DNA of 63,953 nucleotides, filler included, from Conidiobolus incongruus B7586 (Eukaryota): NCBI GenBank assembly GCA_000697335.1. It is 11 parts of 11 records of this genome, joined end to end, with 100 filler letters (N's around TTAATTAATTAA, not from the genome) between each part and the next. Parts side by side here need not be neighbours in the genome. Positions count along the whole stretch, not along the records: positions 12,330 to 14,803 come from JNEM01007288.1; positions 14,904 to 22,209 come from JNEM01007289.1; positions 22,310 to 28,679 come from JNEM01007290.1; 8 more parts are not named here. One strand, 5' to 3'. Shown piece by piece: positions 13,625 to 25,844 of this stretch (position 1 is its first letter; each line of letters starts with the position of its first letter). The notes under the pieces were generated by a model. It saw only the letters and a program-made list of their open reading frames with translations, ran no database searches and was not told where the DNA came from. The position numbers and the translations under genes were made by a program.

Positions 13625-14803
13625 TTACTCTGCATTTTTAATAATGGGAATTTTTTGCAATTAAAAATAAATAAACATTTGAATATATGATATATAAAAA
13701 TAATTATATAATATAAATTTAATAGTTTCTTTTATTATTAATAACTTTTTGCTATATTTTTAGCAAACTTCTAACACTTAAAAAACAGTTTTTTTTATTA
13801 AAGATTGAAATTTGATGTTTTACAAACCAATTAAATTTTCCTGTAGAAATTTTCTTTCTTGCAAGCTAGTTTTTTAATTGCTTAAAGCAATTATAATTAC
13901 ATAGGTTATAATCAAAAGAATATACTAGATGTGGTAGTTTTTTCCAGTTATTTTTAATTAGAAAGTTTTTTACAACTTTAGATTTATGTATTTTACAATT
14001 ATCATGTAAAATAATAAGTTTTCTTAAATTATATTGAGAATACCAATTAAAAATACTTTTATTTAAAAAAGTAATATATAATTTACTATTAATTAATTTT
14101 CCTTCAAAAACTAAATAAAAATAGCATATACTATTATAATCTATTACAATAATTAACATTTGTTTATTAACAAAGTGTTTATTTAAAGGGATTTGTAGAG
14201 GGGGTTGATTTAACTTAATCTAGCATCTTGATTTGTGTTTTAGTAAAGGATTATATATAAAAATCTAAGATTCATCAATTATAATTATTTACTGTAAAAG
14301 TTTAGGCTTCTAGTAATATTTTAATAAGTTTTGTTTAACAATAGCTACTCTAGCTTTTTTTTAAGCTTTAGTTAAATTATAAGGTATTTATTTTACATTT
14401 TTATTTATTAATTTTAGTTTAAACTTTAAAATATATAAAATACTTGTAAAACTAATATTAAAGTGCTTAGATAATTTTCTAGCTGAAATAAAAAGGTACT
14501 TTTCAATATATTTTTTCACTCTATTTACAATTAAAAGAGTGATAGTTGAAATTAGTTTTTTAGATTTTAGCAGGTTTTAAATAATTTCTCTTTTAGTTTT
14601 AAAGTAATTTACCTAGTGATAAATTGTTAATTTAGATAATGTTTTATTACTAAAAGTTGCTTGTAAATTTTAAATAATTTTAGAGGGTTTATGATTAAGT
14701 TTTACTAATACCAAAATAAAAAACTTTTGATGATTATTATTTGGTTTAAGTATGATTAAATTAAACAACTAATTTTAAAAAGTTAATTTTTTAATCAAAA
14801 AAA
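13625..14803 (-). mobile_element. Mariner (DD34D) transposon, inactivated, 5' end cut by gap
   Basis: ORF 13866-14159 has ILHDNCKIH..LPHLVYSFDYNLCNY with 34 residues between D and N(=D). Upstream in frame are K*IPYNLTKA*KKAR (=WVPHEL motif) and IIDES*I. TIR is TA followed by TTACTCTGCATTTTTTAATAATGGGAA. Confidence 0.92.
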
Positions 14804-14903
14804 NNNNNNNNNNNNNNNNNNNNNNNNNNNNNNNNNNNNNNNNNNNNTTAATTAATTAANNNNNNNNNNNNNNNNNNNNNNNNNNNNNNNNNNNNNNNNN
14901 NNN

Positions 14904-15370
14904 TTAATTATTAATCAAAGTATACACTAATATATATTATATATTAATTTTCTTTAAATTATATTTAATTGATATTTTGAATATATATAATTAACATATT
15001 AAATTATATAACATTTATAAATTATATATAAATAAAGCTATTAAAAATATTTTAAAATAAAAATAAACAGAAATTCTTTAACTAATATATTGCTTAGATT
15101 AAAATATATATAATTATGATTGTTTCAAGCAATGAAATAATTGTTTATAAGAAAAAAAACTTTTTAAAAAAATTTTAGTTTGATAAAAATGAAATTTTAG
15201 TTTTTAATGAAGAAAATTGTTATTTAGGGATTAGAACTTTATTAAAAGTATAACAAATAGTTATAAAAAAACGTATTAGTTCTATATTATAGAGTTATTT
15301 TTATATTATATATATTAAAGTATATAATTTTTAATCGCAGAATATTCTTACTATTTAAATTATTTAATAA
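14904..15370 (+). mobile_element. Mariner 3' fragment, further diverged subfamily
   Basis: Translation IL*LIYCLD*NIYNYDCFKQ at ~15073-15132. The 3' end AATATTCTTACTA resembles the end of 12330-13320. Confidence 0.6.
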
Positions 15371-15854
15371 TTAAATTTTAAATAATAATTAAAATATATA
15401 TTAAACTAAAGTTATGAATGATTTTCTAGTTAAGAAGAGTTAACAAAGACAATCATATCTAGTATTTTAATTAGACTATAACCTATATAGATTTAATTAT
15501 TTTTGGTAATTAAAAAATCTCCTAAAAAAAGAAAATTGTTTCAACAAATATTATTGATATCTGAAGTATTGAATTTCAGTTTTTAATAAAAAAATACTAT
15601 TTTATATATATATATATATATAACTTGCCAAAAATGTATTGAAAAGTGATTAACAATAAAAGAGATTATTATTTATTTATTTTTTACTTTTAAAAAAATT
15701 ATATATTTAAATATAAGTTTATTTTTAATGTTAAAATATTCATATAATTTTAAATCCAGGGTTATATATTATTATTCAAATTAATAAGATAAAAATGTAA
15801 ATTTTATTATAATTCAACTATTATTTAAAACTTGAACCTTAATAAAGAATAATC

Positions 15855-17730
15855 ATGTCTTTAAATATTTGAATTCATTTCTAGTTTTATATTAGTAAAC
15901 CCAATTAAACTACTCTTGTTCAATGATTCTAATATTTACAAAATCAGTTGCCCGACCTAAATATGAGAAATTTTATTATCTAGCAGTATTACACATTGTT
16001 TCGTTAGGAAGAATTCTGTAGAATTTTAGATTGAAGGATTTATAAACAAATTTTTAACCATTTCAAAATATTATTTTCTCTTAATAAGTGGAGGATTAGA
16101 AATTTTGAACTGTGAGTTAATCTCATTATATTTTATATTTCCTTTTTTTTAATTCCACAAATTTGTTAAAAATTTCTCTTTAATCTTATCTCCCAAACAT
16201 AAAAACTAAATAAATAAATTATTATAGTGTTGCGGATTGAGGATTAGTTTTATATTTCTATTATTTGAATTACTGAATAATATTTGCGATATACTCAACT
16301 TGATGATATATTGCTTACTATTAAATCAGAGCTTCAATTATAACCAAGTATAATTAAATAATAAGGGTATGTTCATATTGGTCTAATGTTGTTGAATTGA
16401 CAAAAAACTTTTTTAGAAAGTTTTTATAAAAGTTTGAAATGGATATAATAATATAGTTGGCTCATAATAAATATTTAAATTTTGAACTTTAAGCTATTAT
16501 TTATTAAGAAAACTAACTAGGTTATTTAGTAAAGGCAGATATTCTAAATAGATATAATTACACAAAATATATTTTTGTTAGTATATGCGTAATCAAAAAA
16601 TATTAAGCTTGACCTTATAGTTCAAGAAGATTACTTTACAATAGGTTTGAAGTTGCAATAATAAACTAATTGGTTAATTGACTAATAATGACAAATATTT
16701 GGGTATCCATGACGGTTCGCTGTTTTTTGTGAAAAATCTTGATACTTTAGCCTTGTGCAATTATTCGCAACTTCAATATGATATGCCATCGATACTTAAA
16801 TATAAAGGTTATTTTGACCAATAACTTAAAATATTGACCATCAACAAATAACTAATATTTCTAAGTTTTTTTTCACATCATAATTTAACTCAGTAACTAT
16901 TAAGCAATCTTAAGTATCTTAATATCACAACACTTGTATTAAAGAAAATTATCCCTCTGGAAGGTATTGATATTTGATCCAATAGCTCTCAATTTTATTT
17001 TTTAAATTCAAATTATTATAAGTATGGGGATTATTACCTTAATGAACTATTTTTGTACTGATATTTTTAAGACAGAGTCTTTATTTTATTTCTGGAATAT
17101 TAATAATCTAATATTTATTCAATCCTAATTAGGATATTATAGTGAGGGACTAATTATCAATAGCAATATTTGGGAATATTATAGAAAATATCTAAATTAA
17201 ATCATTCTTTTATCTTCTAAATATAAAAAATATTATGTCATAAAGTATAATATAAAGTATAAATTGCTTAATTCTATTGCTCTCTCCCTAATTTGAACAT
17301 GAATATCTATTATTAAATATTCGAACAAAACCTTTTTAAAGTCAAAATAATTTAATTGAATATTTTTCAATTAAAATAAAGCAACTTTTTATATTCTAAG
17401 GATTAGAATATGTAATTTCAGCATAATATAGAGCTATTATATTATATTTATCAAAAGATAATGAAATAATTAGAGTTATCAAATAAACTAAATATAATCC
17501 TATTATTTTGGAACTTCTATCATATAAATATAGCTTCTATTTTAAGCAAAAGAAATACTAACTCAATTTTTATAAATAATTCCAATGTTATAAATTTAAA
17601 AAAGTTTTATATCTCCAATATTTTGTTAGATCCAGCTGTTAATATATTTAATATCAACAGCTTACCTAATAATACTCAATGTTAATTTTCTAGATAACAT
17701 ATATAAAACTTCATTTTCTATTTTAAATGA
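15855..17730 (+). pseudogene. Decayed LRR (probably F-box/RNI-like) gene
   Basis: Broken frames carry LxxLxI repeats (KNLDTLALCN, *LKILTIN, LSNLKYLNIT at ~16730-16930) with many stops. Bounds approximate. Confidence 0.4.
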
Positions 17731-19009
17731 TATATAAAATATACAAATATTTAATATAGTAAAAAGTATAACTTTATTAAATATTATATAAAATAAATAT
17801 CAATACTATTTTGAATTCTAATATTATCACTTAACTATCCTAAGTATAATAAAAATTAAAGCATAAAATTGGCAAAATTACAATTGATTAAAACAAATTA
17901 AATCAATCAAATATATTATTAAAAATGGAATTTTTAATATAATAGTTAATATAGAACTAAATATAAATCGAAAAAAAGGTTTTTTGATATTATATCATGG
18001 TTATTAAAAACTATATCATATAATCTATTTAAATCAATTTATAATATTATAAATAAACTAATAGAGCAACTATATTAATATATGCGTAGCAAGTTGCAAA
18101 TATTATTAAATTGGTTAACAGTCTACAATTTGGCAATGAAAATTTATTAAGTGCAAAAGAAATATAATTTATATTCTATGTTTAATATTATATACAGATG
18201 CATAAAAATTTTAAAAATTAACTATTAAACTACATAAATGAGTATATTAGTACATTAAAGAATTTTTATACTGAAATATTTGTTTCGCAAAATACATATA
18301 GTTTCCATTAAATTATATAAAATTATTTACTTTAAAATAGAATATTAAACTCAAATTAGGTGAAAGGGTTTTAAATTGAATCATTCTGATTAAATAACTA
18401 GCCACTATAGATATAATATGGAAATAAAAATCAAATAATATTTCAGATTGATATCAAATCACATATATCATATAATATAAATCTAATTTATTATAAATAT
18501 TGATATTGTATTTTCTTACCAAAAATGAAATATAGATGTAACATTTACATTAGCATACTACTCTCACATATTTAAACTGGGATATTAACAAGCAATATAA
18601 AGATTTTCGACTCTCATATTACTAATTGTAATTATTAATATTAATTATATTCTACAGATTTTTGGTTGATTAAAAATAGAAATTAATTGTTCGAATCTCA
18701 TTAAATATAGTATTGGGAATAAATAATTTTATTAATCCAATTACAAATCATTTTACATTAAGGAGAAATGTTATAGTTATTAGTAATATTGTGCAAGTAG
18801 TATACTGAATCCTATCCATATTTCTATTTATCACACTTGTTCTCCAATTCGAGATCATTTTTGACCAATTAAACAATCTAAGGATAAATTATTTAGGAAT
18901 AATTATATATAGCATAGTTGGCAATATGGTTTTAGAATATATAAATAAATCGAAAAATATCAATGATCAATACTTATAAAATTGAATTAATTCAAATTGA
19001 ATAACTAAA

Positions 19010-19870
19010 ATGCCAACTTTGCAAAACGGGGAAGAAATTTTTCTATTAATTAGTGGAGAATTCAAATCTTTTCAATTCATAAATGATCGTATTGTAATTC
19101 AAGATTCTCATTTTATCACAGGAATCGAATTTTTTGTTGAAGAAAATAATGGCCTATATTATTTGATTCATGGGAACAAATATGTAATTTTCAGAGATGG
19201 GAGTTTGTTTCTCTCTGATAAGTTGCAAAATATGGAATCCTGTATTATTTTAGAACCTTATGATTATATGACATATGTGATTAAACATGATGTAGGTTAC
19301 ATAGACAAAAATTTGATGAATTGTACAAAAGAAAACGCTTTAATCGTACAGGCAATGAATATGTTTCACAAACTGTTGCCAAAATATTTGGAGCAATTAA
19401 AGACTTGTAAAAACTTGGGAGTAGATATTTCCAATAAAATTATATCCATGGATGGTATCGATATTTTAACAAACAATTGCAACTTCAAACTAATTGCGAA
19501 TGGTGAAACTAGTGATTATGCAGAAGAATACGAAGGTGAATTGCGTTTTGGTAATAATAGTTATCATGTCGGCTATACCTTTCAACTAGCTGAAATTGAC
19601 AATCAAATTTATATTAAATGTGGAGATGTATATTTGAACAAAGGTATCACAGATTATGATAAATATTGTGTAACTTACGAAGATGAAGTTCCAGAAACTC
19701 CAATTAATTTACTACCATATAAACATCAAGGAATGTATTTAATGGAATGCGAAGGAAAATATGTTGATATTGAATGGATTAAATTATCTTTCGGTCTTAG
19801 TTATTTCACTGAAAATATTGAAGAAGCTACAATTTTTCAGTTTGTTGTAGGATTTTCTAATGAATATTAA
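19010..19870 (+). CDS. Intronless 286-aa protein with two similar beta-rich halves, probably tandem beta-trefoil (fascin/lectin-like)
   Basis: Long clean ORF in AT-rich DNA with TATATAAA at 18938-18945. Recurring motifs GLYYLIHGNKYV, NQIYIKCGDVYL, GMYLMECEGKYV. The halves end similarly (TKENALIVQ, NIEEATIFQ). No signal peptide. Confidence 0.8.
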   Translation: MPTLQNGEEIFLLISGEFKSFQFINDRIVIQDSHFITGIEFFVEENNGLYYLIHGNKYVIFRDGSLFLSDKLQNMESCIILEPYDYMTYVIKHDVGYIDKNLMNCTKENALIVQAMNMFHKLLPKYLEQLKTCKNLGVDISNKIISMDGIDILTNNCNFKLIANGETSDYAEEYEGELRFGNNSYHVGYTFQLAEIDNQIYIKCGDVYLNKGITDYDKYCVTYEDEVPETPINLLPYKHQGMYLMECEGKYVDIEWIKLSFGLSYFTENIEEATIFQFVVGFSNEY

Positions 19871-20321
19871 ATGTCAATCAATAGTATTGAAGTTGAAATA
19901 TATGATTATATAATTTTGTTGTTATATGAAAATAAGATAAAAAATTATAATTCACATCAAAGAACATTTTAGTTAATATATTTACGAGCATATTATGTAA
20001 TTCAATTTGCAACAGAATTGAAAGGAAAATTTTTTGATTGAATTATTATTATGATATTGTTTGGCATTTGTAAAAATATTTGCAGTAAAAATACTGATCA
20101 GGTAACTTATTCAAATTGTATGAGTTCACTAAGGAAACATTATATTGATTGTAAATTGAGAATTTGAATCAAACTATGAACAATAAAAATGAAATGATTA
20201 TTTAAAGTTAGAGGAATCAAAAATTAGTTTGCAGTGTGTAAAGACTATAATACGTGAATATGTCATAATATATTAATATTTTTATTGTTTCACAGTTATT
20301 ATTGTTGGAGACTGATATGAA

Positions 20322-22208
20322 TTATAATCGCAAGCTATCACCTGCTACTTTCAACATTTTTGAGTATTTTTTAACTAATTTTTTAGCCAACTTGGTATTT
20401 CCCTCATCCAAAGCCTCTCTAATACCTGGGAATGTCTGACTCTTGTATCCTTGCCAAAGGCCTGGAGCAAACACAATGTGTTTGTACCATTTACGATTGG
20501 GCAAACCGTCGGGGTCTAGGAAGAGTTGTTCAAATTTAGATAATTTGGAGTTGACTATTTCTAATTTCTCGGTTGTATTATGACGTTTTAAATGGGTTAA
20601 AGCCTTATTGAATGATGCAACTTGAGAATTGAGATAGTGTAACGATTGGTAGAGGGGTTGAAAATCAATCTTACGTTTTAAATGGGATTTGGATAAATGA
20701 CTGATTTCAAATTTGAGACGATCCGAATAATCTTCCAAGTGGTAAGGTAAGATATCGGCATTAGCGAGTTCAGTAACTGCCAAGCCAAGGATTTGAGAAA
20801 TCGCTAAGCTGCTCTTGAAATCAGGATCACCAAACTTTTCGAACCAGTGGAAGCTGTCATAATTACTGTGATTGATTCCTTCTTCACCATTGAACCCGAA
20901 GTGGATGGACGGGATTCCGAGATATTGGTAAAACCCTGTAAAGTCACTACCAGATCCAAGGTCTCCCATTGTGGGTAACTTATTAATAGGTGTTTGTGAT
21001 TTCCAATTGTCTAATAATTTACGGCCAGCACCTTCAGGATCTGCAACCTTGCTAGCAACGTATTGAGCGAATTGATTCATTGTTGGTGTACCCATAACAT
21101 CAAAATTGCGGCCACTCAAGCCATCAACATTGATATATGCTACTGCATTATCCTTCAGCCACTGGGATCGATCCTCACACCATTCTGTGGATCCCAACAA
21201 ACCATACTCTTCACCATCCCAAGATGCAATAATAATGGTGCGTCTTGGTTTCCAACCTAATTTTAATAGATGACCAAAAGTACGGGCAGTTTCCAGCAAT
21301 GCTGCCGTGCCTGCACCAGGATCCATTGCTCCATAGACCCAAGCGTCACGATGGTTACCAATAACTACGGCTTTTTCTTTGAGATCAGTTCCTGGAATGG
21401 TTGCAAATACGTTCCAAATAGGTGTAACACCACCTGTGACTTTATTGATTAAGTTGACATGACCTTTCGAGGGACCAGTAAAGTAATCTATACCTAATCC
21501 ACCTTGCCAATCGTCTCCTAAATTAGAAACTTTCTTACCACGACCATCAAGTAGTTTAATAAGGGGCAAAGCATCTTCATATGAAATAGGCAAAGAAGGA
21601 ATTTTAGCCAATGCCTCCGAATCCTCAGGATTAATACGCTCCGCATCAGATGTAGCAGCTCTTCCAGGGGTTAAAGGATCTCCTGGTTGAATGCTCAAAA
21701 AACCAACACTACCACGTTGAACACTTGAAGCAGCTCTCCAAGGTCCTTTGGGGTAGACATCTCCCTTGACGTAGCCATCATCCTTGGGGTCACTATAAAT
21801 CAACACTCCGATTGCACCATACTTTTGAGCTGCCATAATCTTCAATCCCCTAAAATTCTTACCATATTTCACCAGAACAATTCTGCCTGTCACGGAGATC
21901 CCTTTCTTTTTTAAAGCTTTGAAATCTTGGGGCCTTCCATAATTTGCAAATACTAACTTGGCAGTAACATTACCATCTGCGGAATACCCATGGAACGTTG
22001 GACTAATATTCGTGTTATGACTTGTAGGATCCTCATCAATTGCTTTTTCAGTCAGTTTCGCTTCATACTGGAACTTTGGAGGATCTAAGATAGCTAATCT
22101 GCGGTATTTTGGATAATTGAGGTATGGGTAATATGTTACCTTTTCACTCTTAAGACCGTAACTTTCGAATTGAGTTTGAATCCAATTGGCGAACGATTCG
22201 TTCTTTCC
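20322..22208 (-). CDS. Glutamate carboxypeptidase II / transferrin-receptor-like M28B peptidase (PA + M28 + TFR dimerisation domains), 5' truncated by gap
   Basis: Frame is open back to the gap (..PTFHGYSADGNVTAKLVFANYG..). Motifs YSDPKDDG, SVQRGSV, GNHRDAW, GAMDP, SWDGEEYGLLGSTEW, INVD, LGSGSDF, HSNYDSF, GLPNRKWYKHIVFAPG. Confidence 0.95.
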   Translation of the reverse strand, partial: GKNESFANWIQTQFESYGLKSEKVTYYPYLNYPKYRRLAILDPPKFQYEAKLTEKAIDEDPTSHNTNISPTFHGYSADGNVTAKLVFANYGRPQDFKALKKKGISVTGRIVLVKYGKNFRGLKIMAAQKYGAIGVLIYSDPKDDGYVKGDVYPKGPWRAASSVQRGSVGFLSIQPGDPLTPGRAATSDAERINPEDSEALAKIPSLPISYEDALPLIKLLDGRGKKVSNLGDDWQGGLGIDYFTGPSKGHVNLINKVTGGVTPIWNVFATIPGTDLKEKAVVIGNHRDAWVYGAMDPGAGTAALLETARTFGHLLKLGWKPRRTIIIASWDGEEYGLLGSTEWCEDRSQWLKDNAVAYINVDGLSGRNFDVMGTPTMNQFAQYVASKVADPEGAGRKLLDNWKSQTPINKLPTMGDLGSGSDFTGFYQYLGIPSIHFGFNGEEGINHSNYDSFHWFEKFGDPDFKSSLAISQILGLAVTELANADILPYHLEDYSDRLKFEISHLSKSHLKRKIDFQPLYQSLHYLNSQVASFNKALTHLKRHNTTEKLEIVNSKLSKFEQLFLDPDGLPNRKWYKHIVFAPGLWQGYKSQTFPGIREALDEGNTKLAKKLVKKYSKMLKVAGDSLRL

Positions 22209-25200
22209 TNNNNNNNNNNNNNNNNNNNNNNNNNNNNNNNNNNNNNNNNNNNNTTAATTAATTAANNNNNNNNNNNNNNNNNNNNNNNNNNNNNNNNNNN
22301 NNNNNNNNNTTATTAATATATTTATTTAATATATTTGATAATTTGAATATTAATTTTTTTAAACAAAATATAGTTTTATTGTTAATATATATAATTTTTA
22401 AATTTTAATTAAATAAATAGATTATTAATTAATTTCAAATAATTTATAAAAATAATAATATATAAATTAATTCAAATAGAATTAATCTATAATGAATAGA
22501 TAGAATATGATAAACTTACTATATTGCTATATATTATAGGTACTAATAATTAAAATCTTCGCAATATTAAATAATCCGAATTTCAATTATTTAATTCAAA
22601 ATCTCAATTAATTAAAATGTGTTCTTTTAAATTATTATAAAAATTTTGATTAATTTTAATCTAACGAATATTCTAGATTCCACAGAGATATATCTATATT
22701 ATCTATATTTTTTTAAATTAAATAATAATAACTAAGAGTTTTGTTAATTTAGTAATTAATTTATTTTAACCAATTTTATAATGAGATCTTTATTAATTAA
22801 AATAAATTAATTTTCAAATTTTAAATTGATTAAAGTTAATATTTTAAAAAAGGGGGGGAGGAGTAAACTTGAAATAATTTGAAATTTAATATTTGAATTA
22901 TAAGTAATTAAATAAATTATAAATCAAATAAATATTCAAATATTTTTTTAATTGAATTTTATTCCTTTTAATATGATTAATAGTAAGTACAATGATGTAA
23001 AAATTATTAATAATACTCAGGTAAATTTAGTTACAAGTTATAATGTAATCAATTGTATTTGATACTCATATAAGTCTTAAGAAACCTGATCTCTAAATAA
23101 CTCTCTCTTCATTATGAGATATCATTATATTATTTTAATATCCGTTTCCCATTACTCAATAAATTAGTGGAATTGATTAGATCATCATATATAATTCAAA
23201 TGGAATGTTTCCAATGTTTATATCCAATGATACACAATATGCAATTAGATAAAGTTATGTTGATAGAGCGACATTGGGATTAATACTATTCAGCCAAAGA
23301 TTAGTGTTAGGTAGCACATGGCTTATTAAGATGAATTCATTGGTTCTAACCTTATGAGTGTATTTTTTACGCTATTGAGTATTTTAGAATATACCAAAGT
23401 AGAAAGCTAAGATTTATATACCTGATAGGCAATCTTATTAAATAATTTTATATTATATATTCTCGTAATGATTTCACCATTATCATAGTTTGTAATTTTT
23501 GTTAATTTTTCAAAGATATTAAAGTTTTAATGAATTTCAAAGTAATATAGTGATATATCAAAATTGTTTCAATATCACCATTAAAAACAAATGTTATATA
23601 TATTCAATACATCACCTCTATAATAATAAGTGGTAAATGTTTTGAATTTTAAACAGTGACTAACACGTGAGCCAATTAATCAAAAAATTGTACATTATTA
23701 ATTGAATATCATTGATATAATTATATCATATTGCATTAAATATAAAGTTCAATAATTTTGAAAATGAATAATATATTAGAATTAAAAAAATACTACTTAA
23801 ATATTTTCAATATTCAATTTTTTAACAAAATATTACAATTGTTTCAAAATTTAATTAGTTTTAGTATAATTTGATTAAATTGTGACAGGTATTAAAGTTT
23901 ATATAAGAAATTATCAATCAATTTTGTATTAGTTCATTACTATAAAATCTTGATAAATGAGTTTTGTAACTGTTGCAATTTAGTCAGAATATTCATCGGA
24001 AGTTTATAATTTTTTGTATTAGTATTAAAATAATTTTGAATAAATTGCTAATCAATATATATTCCATATAATTTAATAAATAAAATAATAATAATACCAA
24101 CATATTATTCAATCATTATTAATACTAATCATCAAACTCTTAAATTTCTAATCAATTTTAATTTATAAAATAAAATAAAATTTAAAACAAAACTAAAAAT
24201 TGTAATTAATATTATAAAATGAATCAATTTATCTATTATTTGGTATTTTTATAATAAAATTTATATTAGTAATATTTAATCAAATTAAAATATATTAACT
24301 AATTAATAAGAGCAAGATAAATATTGTTTATTATTATTATTATTATTACTATTATTCCTATTATTACTTTCAAAATTTAAAAATTAGTAATATATGTGTG
24401 GTAAATAATTAAATAAATAAATAAAAATACAAAGTTTTAAAAATTAATTTATAATTTTAATATCCTAGTAAATTTTTTTTGATTAAATCATAATTAAACT
24501 TATTTTGTAAATTTTTTTTCTCCATACTAGGAAATCATTAACACTTGGCATACTCTTAATAAAATTCTGTTAAGTATAAATATTAAAAACAGTTCAAACT
24601 AAAAATATTTTTTAATTAGTTATATAAACGAAATATAATATAATCACAGATAATATTTAACTAGATAATAAATTTGTAATGGATAAATATTTGGTGCCTA
24701 GTCCAAAGTTTCAATTTGATTAATTCTTGAATTGATCTGTTTCGCATTGTTGGAGATGATTGAAATATTCTGTAATAATACGATTGGTTCTACTTTCTGG
24801 GCGAATAGTCAGTTATGTAAAACTTGCATTCTTTCATTCTATTGATAATTAATTAGTTAACAAAAATGCCAGAATTTTTACATTCCATTATTATTAAGGA
24901 ATGATTGATATAAATCAAGTTTTTATTTGCTGGATAAAATTTATATTCAGCAATATTACCATTATTAATAACAATTTTTTGATACAAATCTTTTTGTGTT
25001 GATTACTAATCTTGAAATCACATTGATATTTTTTCATTGAATTGAGTACATTTAATATAGAATTATATTAATTGATTTTGGATTAAATTGGTGTTTCATT
25101 GAATTTGCCATTAAATGAGATTTTCATCACATTTACTATTTGGCTTTGAATTTTATGCCAATTAAAATGATTTAATGATTTGGATAATTCCGCACAACCT

Positions 25201-25844
25201 AGGAGATGATGAGTGCAGATGAGAATTTGTAAAGTATAATATGAATTCATTAGAAATGATATTAAACTAATTTGGGATTCTAAATTGCTATTAAATTGCT
25301 TAATTAAAAACAACTTCATTTGCTGGTACTGAGCTCGATTGGTTTGAATTAACCAATTTGGTATTCCAGATATAACATTCATTTTAATCAATTGATCTTG
25401 TTCAATTGTTTAATGTGTGTTGGTTACTAAAAGTTTTTTAATCACTTTAATTTGTTTTGTGAAAAAGAACCTAGTCTTTAATACTTTTGTATTCTATAAA
25501 ATCCAGCCTTTGCTCAACGCTATCATTTCTTTTGGGTTGGCTTTTAACTCTTTTTCACATTCAGCACCTCCACTCTCGATTCAACTCTCTTCCAAATACT
25601 AATATTCCTCTTATTTAAAGTTTTATTTTTTTTGTTTTTTATTATTTATTGGGTTCAAGGAAAACTTGAACACCTTCAAAATTTATTTAATCACTTAACC
25701 AGTTTTCTTTAGTTTATCTCTCTTATTTCAATATTCAACTTTCAAAAACTATTTAATATTATTTTCTTTTCTCTTCTTCTCAACACCTTTGGTTTTTCTT
25801 TATCAGCTTTAATTTAATTTATAAATAGTGGCAATTCAAATTCA

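Noticed and set aside
22845..22865. AAAAAAGGGGGGGAGGAG as a polypurine tract of another LTR element
   Set aside because: Plausible, but I could not find a matching LTR or pol motifs on either side.
24660..25391. 102-aa minus-strand ORF plus an intron-like segment, divergent from the flippase
   Set aside because: Downstream frames contain stops and no recognisable motif; may be a pseudogene but cannot be called.
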